NCBI GenBank assembly: GCA_002269645.1
Contig: NIVC01000276.1
Coordinates: 62,001-126,000 of the forward strand
Direction: 5' to 3'
Length of the DNA stretch: 64,000 nucleotides
Origin: Macrostomum lignano
Taxonomy: Eukaryota
In this document: positions 46,601 through 60,145 of the stretch, in pieces
Layout of the letters: the number at the start of each line of letters is the position of its first letter
Position numbering within the stretch: the first letter of the stretch is position 1
The notes under the pieces: generated by a model
What the model saw: the letters and a program-made list of their open reading frames with translations, nothing else
Database searches by the model: none
Told to the model about the DNA's origin: nothing
Made by a program: the position numbers and the translations under genes

Positions 46601-47652
46601 AGGGAGGGTAGGATGGGAAGTCTCTCGAGGGTGGTGAAGATGCAGATAGTGGGGAAGGTCTGGGAGAGGGTGGTGGAGGTCTGGGAGAGGGTGGTGGAGG
46701 TCTGGGAGAGGGTGGTGGAGGTCTGGGAGAGGGTGGTGGAGGTCTGGGAGAGGGTGGTGGAGGTCTGGGAGAGGGTGGGGAAGGCGTGGGAGAGGGTGGG
46801 GGAGTTCTGGGAGAGGGTGGGGAAGGTCTGGGAGAGGGTGGGGAAGGTCTGGGCGAGGGTGGGGAAGGCGTGGAAGAGGGTGGGGGAGTTCTGTTAGAGG
46901 GTGGGGAAGACCTGGGAGAGGATGGGGAAGGTCTGAGAGGGTCTGGAATCAGATAAGAGAAGTCCGGGTAGGCTTAGTGCATGGCGGAAGAGGCCATCAC
47001 GTCTGCCAGCAGTTGAGCAACCCGACTCTGCCGCTCGCAGGAGCCTGCACGATCGCTACCAGCAGCTGGTGAAGCGGCTGGACCAGGAGAACAAGGCCAA
47101 AAGCAAGATCAGCATGAATTATGACGAGTTGAAGTTCAAACTTGAGTCCATCGAGCGGGCCCAGAGCATGGCGGACTTGTGAGCACTTATTAACCATTGA
47201 AGCATATCATTGTGAAATTGGTTAGTTGGGTCCAGTTGACTGCCTCCTTCAACCGATGCTGGCTGATTGGATTCCCCAATATTTTACCACCCGTTTCCAA
47301 ATTTAGAAGCTTGTCGGTGACTTCTCCGCGAGGCTTCTCAACCTTGGGCGGCGGGCCGGCCTTCTCCGGGCCCGAGGGCCGCGGCGGCGGCAGCAGCGGG
47401 GCGGAAGACAGCGACTCCGCTGCCGGCTCCTCGCTGATGTCGCGTTCGATGTACGTGCCAAGCAGCGGCGGCACCAGCGGCGGCGGCGGTGGCAGCGGTA
47501 GCGCAGCTCGTCGCCGCGGCCTGCAGCACGACCGGAACAAGCGGCGCACCATTTCAACGGCTGGCGACGGCGGGGCGCGCGATTCCGCGGTGGTGGCCGC
47601 GGCTGCTGCGGCCTTCTCGGCGGCGCTGATGGACGGCGACGATAACGAATAG
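31674..47652 (+). CDS. MTUS1/MTUS2 (ATIP3/TIP150)/CCDC69-like coiled-coil protein, ~1066 aa, 5' end not found
   Basis: Exons 31674-32244, 32619-33299, 33846-33985, 34817-35113, 35818-36213, [36695-36800 or 36974-37079], 38319-38392, 38953-39030, 40006-40170 (alternative acceptor 39922), 46061-46269, 47041-47178, 47307-47652 total 3201 nt in phase. A long S/P/A-rich disordered N-half is followed by coiled coil containing AFDALAVV, LPDEISSLSSMLELRN and LDQENKAKSKISMNYDELKFKL, recalled as resembling MTUS GFEALxVV, ESLKxVLExKN and ESKVNKRLSMENEELLWKL. Confidence 0.75.
32268..32575. repeat. Degenerate GACACCCTGCA repeat, MTUS-like intron
   Basis: Recurrent ACACCCTGCAGA / CTCTGAGACA words. Confidence 0.8.
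33689..33763 (+). tRNA. Intronic tRNA-like gene or pseudogene: class I body, anticodon TAA
   Basis: Acceptor stem GGGCCTG/CAGGTCC plus A73; D region GTCTCAGTTGGTTAGAAA (imperfect, one extra nt); anticodon stem TTGGA/TCCAA with loop TTTAAAA; variable region AGGTC; T arm GCGGG-TTCGAGC-CCCGC; T7 run at 33765-33771. Confidence 0.75.
33765..33771 (+). terminator. Pol III oligo-T terminator candidate
   Basis: TTTTTTT two nt after the discriminator base of the tRNA-like gene. Confidence 0.6.
34350..34805. repeat. 10-bp CTGCACACCT repeat, MTUS-like intron
   Basis: Direct reading. Confidence 0.92.
35170..35750. repeat. 21-bp minisatellite, MTUS-like intron
   Basis: Unit GAACCTGAGGATTCCGATGTG, between donor 35114 and acceptor 35817. 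Confidence 0.95.
36240..36600. repeat. Purine-rich (GAGAGGGAGACA)-type tract
   Basis: Intron upstream of exon 36695. Confidence 0.9.
37195..38235. repeat. Pyrimidine-rich (TGTCTCCCTCTC)-type tract
   Basis: Intron downstream of exon 37079; reverse complement of the 36240-36600 tract. Confidence 0.92.
38452..38942. repeat. 17-bp array changing to an 11-bp array
   Basis: CTAATCTGAATCTGTCA units, then CTAATCTGTCA units, up to the acceptor at 38952. Confidence 0.95.
39040..39905. repeat. 13/14-bp C-rich minisatellite
   Basis: Unit CTTCCCCATCCC(C/T)A. Confidence 0.92.
40275..46027. repeat. 5.75-kb 20/21-bp minisatellite filling one MTUS-like intron
   Basis: Unit CCTGACCAAACTGAT(C/T)CCCA(A/G), between donor 40171 and acceptor 46060. 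Confidence 0.97.
46272..46930. repeat. G-rich 19-bp array followed by a 21-bp array
   Basis: GGATGGGGAAGGGAGGGTA units to ~46615, then GGTCTGGGAGAGGGTGG(T/G)G(G/A)A units. Confidence 0.93.
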
Positions 47653-47774
47653 AGTGCAGCTGGCTTCCCCAGAAACTTGGGGATTCCCCTGGATTCCCCG
47701 AAAATTTGATATTCCCACCGGAAACAAGAAATTCTCCTGCAAAAATTTCCCTAATACGAGCTAGCTTAAGTTCC

Positions 47775-48008
47775 CTGGAAACGAGAGATTCCCCTGGAAA
47801 CGAGAGGTTCCCCTGGAAACGAGAGGTTTCCCTGGAAACGAGGGGTTCCCCTGGAAACGAGAGGTTTCCCTGGAAACGAGAGGTTCCCCTGGAAACGAGA
47901 GGTTCCCCTGGAAACGAGAGGTTCCCCTGGAAACGAGAGGTTCCCCTGGAAACGAGAGGTTCCCTGGAAACGAGAGGTTCCCCTGGAAACGAGAGGTTCC
48001 CTGGAAAC
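47775..48008. repeat. 18/19-bp tandem repeat
   Basis: Unit CCCTGGAAACGAGAGGTT(C). Confidence 0.9.
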
Positions 48009-48619
48009 GTGCTATTCTCCTTTAAATGGAGATTCCCTTCAGAACTTTCCTTGATAACTTTTGGGATTCCCTATTCCATTTTGGGATTCCCTTTGAGAGT
48101 CCCTCAAAAGCTTATTGGATTCCCCTGGAGGATATTTTAAAGGAGAACGATGACATTTCCCTAAAAACTTTGAGATTCCCCTATAAAAAGTGGAACTAAC
48201 CTATAAAATAGAGTTCCTTTAGACCGCCTAGCAACCTGACGTTTCCTTGCTGTTGTTGAATCCCCTAGCAACATAGGATCCCTGGTTTGCTGCTGTTATA
48301 TCCTGAAACTCTTCCGCATGAATCAAATTGCCAAATTGTTTCCCTGCTAACTTCATGGCGCTTTCTGCGACCCTTTGTTGCCTTTTTTTGTAATGTTTCC
48401 GTTTTCCCATTAGTATTTCTTTGCTTTGTGTTTTGACGTTTTTATGGCTTTTACTGATTCCATTCTTCCGACAACTTAAGTTTTCTTCAGCTTGCATGTT
48501 GAGCAGCTGCTGCTGATTGATCAGATTTTATTCTGTACCAGCACCTGCTGATCTGCAATTCAATTTGTTTGCTGCAGATTTACTTTACAATAGGGCAATC
48601 TGCGTCGTTTTCTAAAATA

Positions 48620-49495
<876 letters not shown>

Positions 49496-49974
49496 CATTG
49501 CCTAGTTTGTTGAGTGCTGCAAAAAGGCAGAATTTTCTATAATTTGAACATATATTTATAGATGTATACAAACCTAAATGATATGCTCTTGTTCCTATTT
49601 AAGATTAATTCACTGCTGCTACTTAGATTGACAGCTCCAATGACCGACGGCATTCCCAGGCATACACTGCCAGTTAACCAACCGCACTCGAGTGTCTCAT
49701 CCTTTATTGCTCACCGTATGAGTACAACACAGGCCAATCAGATTCAACTGTAAATTCAATTAGCACTGAACACTGTGCTATAATTTTTTTGCTTGCACAT
49801 ATTTTTCACATATAAATACATATGTGCTCGTACATAAATTTTGAGTTTTGAGTTTGAATATGCCATTCCTGCAGGTTTCAAGGAACCTGACACTTGTTTG
49901 GCATCGTTCCAAAGGAAATGTGCAGCTTCACTATTCTGACGAGTAACTTGATTTTGAGTGAGGGGCACTAGTGA

Positions 49975-52295
49975 TGGGGATTGGGGACACTCGAGGATGG
50001 GGATTGGGGACGCTAGAGGATGGGAATTGGGGGCGCTAGAGGATGGGGATGGGGACACTAGAGGATGGGGATTGGGGGCGCTAGAGGATGGGGATTGGGG
50101 ACACTAGAGGATGGGGATTGGGGGCGCTAGAGGATGGGGATTGGGGACACTAGAGGATGGGGATTGGGGACACTAGAGGATGGGGATTGGGGACACTAGA
50201 GGATGGGGATTGGGGGCGCTAGAGGATGGGGATTGGGACACTAGAGGATGGGGATTGGGGGCGCTAGAGGATGGGGATTGGGGGCGCTAGAGGATGGGGA
50301 TTGGGGGCGCTAGAGGATGGGGATTGGGACACTAGAGGATGGGGATTGGGGGCGCTAGAGGATGGGGATTGGGGGCGCTAGAGGATGGGGATTGGGGACA
50401 CTAGAGGATGGGGATTGGGGACACTAGAGGATGGGGATTGGGGACGCTAGAGGATGGGAATTGGGGGCGCTAGAGGATGGGGATTGGGACACTAGAGGAT
50501 GGGAATTGGGGGCGCTAGAGGATGGGGATTGGGGGCGCTAGAGGATGGGGATTGGGGACACCAGAGGATGGGGATTGGGGACACTAGAGGATGGGGATTG
50601 GGGACGCTAGAGGATGGGAATTGGGGGCGCTAGAGGATGGGGATGGGGACACTAGAGGATGGGGATTGGAGGCGCTAGAGGATGGGGATTGGGGACACTA
50701 GAGGATGGGGATTGGGACACTAGAGGATGGGGATTGGGGACACTAGAGGATGGGGATTGGGACACTAGAGGATGGGGATTGGGGACACTAGAGGATGGGG
50801 ATTGGGGACACTAGAGGATGGGGATTGGGACACTAGAGGATGGGGATTGGGGGCGCTAGAGGATGGGGATTGGGACACTAGAGGATGGGGATTGGGAGCG
50901 CTAGAGGATGGGGATTGGGACACTAGAGGATGGGGATTGGGGGCGCTAGAGGATGGGGATTGGGGGCGCTAGAGGATGGGGATTGGGACACTAGAGGATG
51001 GGAATTGGGGGCGCTAGAGGATGGGGATGGGGACACTAGAGGATGGGGATTGGAGGCGCTAGAGGATGGGGATTGGGGACACTAGAGGATGGGGATTGGG
51101 ACACTAGAGGATGGGGATTGGGGGCGCTAGAGGATGGGGATTGGGGGCGCTAGAGGATGGGGATTGGGGGCGCTAGAGGATGGGGATTGGGACACTAGAG
51201 GATGGGGATTGGGGACACTAGAGGATGGGGATTGGGGGCGCTAGAGGATGGGGATTGGGGGCGCTAGAGGATGGGGATTGGGGACACTAGAGGATGGGGA
51301 TGGGGACACTAGAGGATGGGGATTGGGGGCGCTAGAGGATGGGGATTGGGGACACTAGAGGATGTGGATTGGGACATTAGAGGATGCGGATTGGGACACT
51401 AGAGGATGGAGATTGGGGGCGCTAGAGGATGGGGATTGTGACACTAAAGGATGCGGATGTGGACACTAGAGGATGGGGATTGGGACACTAGAGGATGGGG
51501 ATTGGGGACACTAGAGGATGGGGATTGGGACACTAGAGGATGCGGATGGGGACACTAGAGGATGGGGATTGGGGGCGCTAGAGGATGGGGATTGGGAGCG
51601 CTAGAGGATGGGGATTGGGACACTAGAGGATGGGGATTGGGGATACTAGAGGATGCGGATGGGGACACTAGAGGATGGGGATTGGGGGCGCTAGAGGATG
51701 GGGATTGGGACACTAGAAGATGGAGATTGGGGACACTAGAGGATGGGGATTGGGACACTAGAGGATGCGGATGGGGACACTAGAGGATGGGGATTGGGGG
51801 CGCTAGAGGATGGGGATTGGGACACTAGAAGATGGAGATTGGGGACACTAGAGGATGGGGATTGGGGATACTAGAGGATGCGGATTGGGACACTAGAGGA
51901 TGGGGATTGGGGGCGCTAGAGGATGGGGATTGGGGACACTAGAGGATGGGGATTGGGGGCGCTAGAGGATGGGGATTGGGACACTAGAGGATGCGGATGG
52001 GGACACTAGAGGATGGGGATTGGGGGCGCTAGAGGATGGGGATTGGGACACTAAAGGATGGGGATTGGGGGCGCTAGAGGATGGGGATTGGGACACTAGA
52101 GGATGGAGATTGGGGACACTAGAGGATGGGGATTGGGGATACTAGAGGATGCGGATTGGGACACTAGAGGATGGGGATTGGGACATTAGAGGATGCGGAT
52201 TGGGACACTAGAGGATGGAGATTGGGGACACTAGAGGATGGGGATTGGGACATTAGAGGATGCGGATGTGGACACTAGAGAATGGGGATTGGGAC
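49975..52295. repeat. 2.3-kb 22/23-bp G-rich intergenic minisatellite
   Basis: Unit GGGGATTGGG(G)(ACA/GCG)CTAGAGGAT. Confidence 0.96.
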
Positions 52296-52584
52296 AGAAT
52301 GGGATAGAATGGGAGGACAGAGCAGGGAAGCCACAACTCGGGGCTCAAGCCAGAGTCAGCAAAGTCGGCAACAGGTCTCAAGTCAGCCGTGACGGAGCCG
52401 CGGGAACCCGCTGAGATATCTGCAGCCGATAAGCTTCAGAAATTTCCCACAAAATCGCGCTGACGAACAATCAGCCTCTCGCTCGGCTGACTTCTGGCAA
52501 AGAGATCCTATCGCTTTGGTGGGAAATTAATCCCCAAATAAAATATTCCCCTCACCCGCGGCTGCTCCGTACGTAACAACCGGC

Positions 52585-55123
52585 ATGAAGCCAGCGGTGC
52601 TGCTCAGAGCTGTGCTCACCCTGCTGCTGGCTGCTTCCGCCGGCTGCTGGCTGGCCGCCACCGTCTGGCCGAGCTGGGCCCGGCTGGCCGTTCAGCTGCG
52701 CCTGCCAACGCCGGCCAGTCCGGTGCTCAGCCTGGGCGTCTTCGTCGACCTCATGATTGATGGCGGCAGCGGCGCCGGGGCGACTCTGGCCGGTTAGTGG
52801 CTTCGGGATGCCGTGCTGAGGATGAGAGTCTTGTTTGTTAGGATTCGAGTTCTTTTTGGCGCCGATTATGAGTTCTGTTTGGCGCCGATTATGAGTTCTG
52901 TTTGGCGCCGATTATGAGTTCTGTTTGGCGCCGATTATGAGTTCTGTTTGGCGCCGATTATGAGTTCTGTTTGGCGCCGATTATGAGTTCTGTTTGGCGC
53001 CGATTATGAGTTCTGTTTGGCGCCGATTATGAGTTCTGTTTGGCGCCGATTTTGAGTTCTGTTTGGCGCCGATTATGAGTTCTGTTTGGCGCCGATTTTG
53101 AGTTCTGTTTGGCGCCGATTATGAGTTCTGTTTGGCACCAATTATGAGTTCTGTTTGGCGCCGATTATGAGTTCTGTTTGGCGCCGATTTTGAGTTCTGT
53201 TTGGCGCCGATTATGAGTTCTGTTTGGCACCAATTATGAGTTCTGTTTGGCGCCGATTATGAGTTCTGTTTGGCACCAATTATGAGTTCTGTTTGGCGCC
53301 GATTATGAGTTCTGTTTGGCGCCGATTATGAGTTCTGTTTGGCGCCGATTATGAGTTCTGTTTGGCGCCGATTTTTAGTTCCGTTTGGCGCCGATTATGA
53401 AATCCGTTTGGCGCCGATTATGAAATCCGTTTGGCGCCGATTATGAGATCCGTTTGGCGCCGATTATGAGATCCGTTTGGCGCCGATTATGAGTTCTGCT
53501 TGGCAACGATTATGAGTTCCGTTTGGCACCGATTATGAGTTCCGTTTGGCAACGATTATGAGTTCTGTTTGGCACCGATTATGAGTTCTGTTTGGCACCG
53601 ATTATGAGTTCTGTTTGGCACTGATGAGAAGCAAAAAGAACTCAAAACAAATTTCGAACGCGCACATTCCATTTCCAGTCCTGCAGCTCGCCTGCCAGGT
53701 TCTCTCCGTATCGGCCGTCCTGGCGTCCGCAGTCTCCGTGGCTCTGCAGGCCGCATCCGCTGTCAGGCTGGCAGCCCGGAAGCCCAGATGCCTCGCCGGC
53801 TGCGGCTGCTGCTGCGGCGAGAGACTCGACCCCCTGCTGTGCGCCTCTGCCGCTGCGTCCGGAGTGGCAGGTACAGCTGATGGGGATTGTTGGGATGCTG
53901 GGCGGCTGGGATCGCGCTCATGATGGGGATCTTCGGGGCTGGGGATTTCTGGGATCGTAGTGATGATAATGGCTACGGGATGCTGGATACTTTGGATCAG
54001 GTTGATTGATGATGGGGATGCTGGGTCACTGGGATCAGGTTGATTGATGATAGGGATGCTGGGTCACTGGGATCAGGTTGATTGATGATGGGATGCTGGG
54101 TCACTGGGATCAGGTTGATTGATGATGGGGATCGTGGGGATGCTGGGTCAATCGGATCATGTTGATTGATGATGGGATGCTGGGTCACTGGGATCAGGTT
54201 GATTGATGATGGGGAATCATGGGGATGCTGGATTTTACGGAATATGCTTGCAAGACCGGGATTAGGGAGGCTGCAATATCCTTCACACGCTCGGTCCCGC
54301 AGCGGCCTGCGGGTTCGCTCTCTGCTGCCTGATGCTCCACCTGTTCGCTGCCTGGTCCGAGGCGGTCGCAGCGGCCTCGGCTGGCCTGGCCGGCCACCAG
54401 AGCGGCTTTCTCGACTTGGCGTTCGGCCTGGCAGCGGCCGCTCTGATTGGCCAGCTCGTTGCCGCGGCGATTTCGCTACTCACCCTCCGACTTGAGTGGT
54501 CGGCGGCGGCCACCAAGGCAGCGATTGGAGCCGGAGCTGCTTCCGTGGCGTCCACGTCCGAAACTTCCACCGGCCGGCCGGTGAGGCTCGTGGCCAGCAG
54601 GGCCCGGGGCTCCGGTGCAGACTTGCAGACTGAGATAGACGATAAGTTTCACCCAGGCCTTCAACTGCCAGGGGCGACAGCCAATCAGGAAGCGAGTGTA
54701 AAAAATGACCTTGAGAATACGCGATGCCCAGCCAATCAGCGACCGAGTGACCTTGGGAAGAAACTGAAAGCCACAACCAATCGGAATACGATTGACCTTC
54801 AGGCAACACACCGCGCAGCCAATCAGAAAACAAATGACCTTGAGAAAGTACAACACCCAGCCAATCAGAAAAGAAGTGACCTTGAGAAATTACGTCACCC
54901 AGCCAATCAGAAAACAAATGACCTTGAGAAAGTACAACACCCAGCCAATCAGAAAAGAAGTGACCTTGAGAAATTACGTCACCCAGCCAATCAGAAAAGA
55001 AGTGACCCTGAGTTACCGAGAGCTACATCAAATCGAAAAATGATTGACCTTGAGATGCAGAAAACTGGAGTCCCTGAAGAGACCAACTGTTCTCTCAATA
55101 TCATGTACACCTACTATCTTTAA
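52585..55123 (+). CDS. Four-transmembrane claudin/PMP22-superfamily-like protein with a repetitive C-terminal tail, ~406 aa
   Basis: Exons 52585-52792, 53679-53870, 54303-55123 in phase (1221 nt). Four hydrophobic segments; a W after TM1 (ATVWPSW) and SLGVF resembling the claudin W...GLW signature; Cys-rich intracellular loop (GCGCCCG); TM4 FLDLAFGLAAAALIGQLVAAAISLL. A possible donor at 54581 would remove the repeat tail. Confidence 0.6.
52855..53620. repeat. 23-bp minisatellite, intron 1 of the claudin-like gene
   Basis: Unit TTGGCGCCGATTATGAGTTCTGT. Confidence 0.95.
53990..54230. repeat. ~38-bp repeat, intron 2 of the claudin-like gene
   Basis: GATGCTGGGTCACTGGGATCAGGTTGATTGATGATGGG-like units. 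Confidence 0.85.
54679..55054. repeat. 42-bp frame-preserving repeat containing CCAAT and TGACCTTGA
   Basis: CCAAT at 54681, 54732, 54777, 54819, 54861, 54903, 54945, 54987; translates to xPANQKxxDLEKxx. Confidence 0.88.
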
Positions 55124-55569
55124 TAAATCTCTTTGACATTAATTAATCTACATGTCGCTCGAAACAGTTAGAACACGGGGGAAATGAAACATCCCACTCG
55201 GACAAGGACATAACGCCTTTTAAATCAGGCAGTTATCCTCAGAAACATAAATCAGAGACGGTTGGCTCGCTACCTTGTGCTGTCATTTCCTGCACAGCCC
55301 CCCAGCCTCATTTCCCAGTGGCTCGGACGCGTTCTTCCTGCAGAGAGCAGGCAATGCGGGTACATGCTGGCGCAGCATCTGCTGCTCCCGCTTCTTTAGC
55401 AACAGGTTTATTTGCTTTTCACTGCAGCTTGGCGCACAAGTGAAAAATTGAGTAACTGGATAAGCATTATTGGTTCAGCTGAGGACTTCGGCTTGTTTAT
55501 GGACAATGTCAGAATGCCATTTCTTCTCTGCCACTTTCTTTATCTCGCTCTCTCAGTCTCAACCTTTCT

Positions 55570-56380
55570 CCCAGTCCCTCAGTCTCTTGATCTCACCTTC
55601 TCACTCTCTCACTCTCAGTCTCTCAGTCTCTTGATCTCACCTTCTCACTCTCTCACTCTCAGTCTCTCAGTCTCTTGATCTCACCTTCTCACTCTCTCAC
55701 TCTCAGTCTCTCAGTCTCTTGATCTCACCTTCTCACTCTCTCACTCTCAGTCTCTCAGTCTCTTGATCTCACCTTCTCACTCTCTCACTCTCAGTCTCTC
55801 AGTCTCTTGATCTCACCTTCTCACTCTCTCACTCTCAGTCTCTCAGTTTCTTGATCTCACCTTCTCGCTCTCTCACTCTCTCAGTCTCAGTCTCTCAGTC
55901 TCCCAATCTCACTTTCCCAATCTCACTTTCCCAATCTCACTCTCCCAATCTCACTCTCTCACTCTCAGTCTCTCACTCTCAGTCTCTCACTATTAGTCTC
56001 TCACTCTTAGTCTCTCACTCTTAGTCTCTCACTCAGTCTCTCACTCTCAGTCTCTCACTCTCAGTCACTCACTCTCACTTTCTCACTCTCTTGATCTCAC
56101 CTCACTCTCTCACTCTCACTCTCCTAATCTCACCTTCTCACTCTCCCACTCTCCCAAACTCACTCTCCCAATCTCACTCTCCCAATCTCACTCTCCCAAT
56201 CTCACTCTCCCAATCTCACTCTCCCAATCTCACTCTCCCAATCTCACTCTCCCAATCTCACTCTCCCAATCTCACTCTCCCAATCTCACTCTCCCAATCT
56301 CACTCTCCCAATCTCACTCTCCCAACCTCACTCTCCCATTCTCACTCTCCCAATCTCACTCTCCCAATCTCACTCTCTAC
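55570..56380. repeat. CT-rich compound tandem repeats
   Basis: CTCAGTCTCTCAGTCTCTTGATCTCACCTTCTCACT units, then CTCTCCCAATCTCA units. Confidence 0.9.
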
Positions 56381-56395
56381 ACTAGTTTCAAATGT

Positions 56396-58268
<1,873 letters not shown>

Positions 58269-58335
58269 GGCTCAGCAGCGGCTCGAGAACAGCTCGCGGA
58301 CTTCACCAGCAGCCCCGGGCGTGGCTCTCTGATTC

Positions 58336-58345
58336 TTTATATATA
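58336..58345 (-). promoter_or_regulatory. Candidate TATA box of the globin gene
   Basis: Minus strand reads TATATATAAA about 70 nt upstream of the ATG at 58268. Confidence 0.5.
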
Positions 58346-58634
58346 GACAGACAGCCTTCCATTGTTCATAAGCTTTTTGAGGCATTGGACGAGAAAATTG
58401 TTAAGCCATACACTAGCCGAACTACTTTCTTCAGTAGAAAGCTTCTTTTAATTTGCACTTTTGTTCTACTGCCGCAATTTTCTGATTTCACCAACTTAAA
58501 GTGTGTTTCACAGTGTCAGCAATACGTCACATTTAAAGAATGTTGAAAAATACAGATCTCAGTTTAATAGCTTATTCTCAACTACACTTCTCATACTCTT
58601 TTCACTCTTCAGTCTCATCCTGTTGTCACGTTCT

Positions 58635-59720
58635 CATTCTGGCATCATTCTGGCATCACTCTGGCATCATTCTGGCATCACTCTAGTGTCACTCTGGCAT
58701 CACTCTGGCATCATTCTGGCATCACTCTAGTGTCACTCTGGCATCACTCTGGCATCACTCTCGTGTCACTCTGGCATCATTCTGGCATCACTCTAGTGTC
58801 ACTCTAGCATCACTCTGGCATCACTCTGGCATCACTCTGGCATCACTCTAGTGTCACTCTGGCATCACTCTGGCATCACTCTGGCATCACTCTAGTGTCA
58901 CTCTGGCATCACTCTGGCATCACTCTAGTGTCACTCTGGCATCACTCTGGAATCACTCTGGCATCACTCTGGCATCACTCTGGCATCACTCTAGTGTCAC
59001 TCTGGCATCATTCTGGCATCACTCTAGTGTCACTCTGGCATCACTCTTGCATCACTCTGGCATCACTCTGGCATCACTCTAGTGTCACTCTGGCATCACT
59101 CTCGCATCATTCTGGCATCACTCTGGCATCACTCTCGCATCATTCTGGCATCACTCTAGTGTCACTCTAGCATCACTCTTGCATCACTCTGGCATTACTC
59201 TCGCATCATTCTAGTGTCACTCTGGCATCATTCTGGCATCACTTTAGTGTCACTCTAGCATCACTCTAGTGTCACTCTGGCATAGTGACTCGCATCACTC
59301 TGGCATCACTCTGGCATCACTCTAGTGTCACTCTGGCATCACTCTAGCATCATTCTGGCATCACTCTAGTGTCACTCTGGCATCATTCTGGCATCACTCT
59401 GGCATCACTCTATTGTCACTCTGGCATCACTCTGGCATCACTCTGGCATCACTCTATTGTCACTCTGGCATCACTCTGGCATCACTCTGGCATCACTCCG
59501 GCATCACTCTGGCATCACTCTAGTGTCACTCTGCAATTACTCTGGCATCACTCTGGCATCACTCTAGTGTCACTCTGCAATTACTCTGGCATCACTCTGG
59601 CATCACTCTGGCATCACTCTAGTGTCACTCTGCAATTACTCTGGCATCACTCTGGCATCACTCTGGCATCACTCTAGTGTCACTCTGCAATTACTCTGGC
59701 ATAACTCTGGCATCACTCTG
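58635..59720. repeat. 11-bp two-variant minisatellite
   Basis: Interleaved CTGGCATCACT and CTAGTGTCACT units. Confidence 0.93.
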
Positions 59721-60145
59721 GTGTCATTTGGCAAGCAGCAAGACTGGGTGCTGACTCTCACTGCTCTTACAGATTGTGAGACAAAGCCGGCTGGTCCGGC
59801 TGAACAACAACTCTAATGTCACTCAGGCATTGCTCTTCAGTCACTCTGTTGTCACTCTCATTCAGTCAAGTACTTCAGTCACATTGGATTTCAAATAGAA
59901 TTTTATAGAACATATTGTAAAGACTAATTTTACAAACCAGCCAATAAATATTTAGCGACTAAAAAAAAACTCATCCAACTTAAAAAGCGGCTACTCTGCC
60001 ACTGCTAATAAGTACTTCAGACTTAAAACGAGGCAGTGTCGCGGATTTCTTGGCATTGCAAATGCATTCAATGGCGGTGCTTCAAACTGCGAATTAAAAT
60101 CGTGTTTTATAAAAAATTACAAAAATAATAAAAAAAGATTCGACG

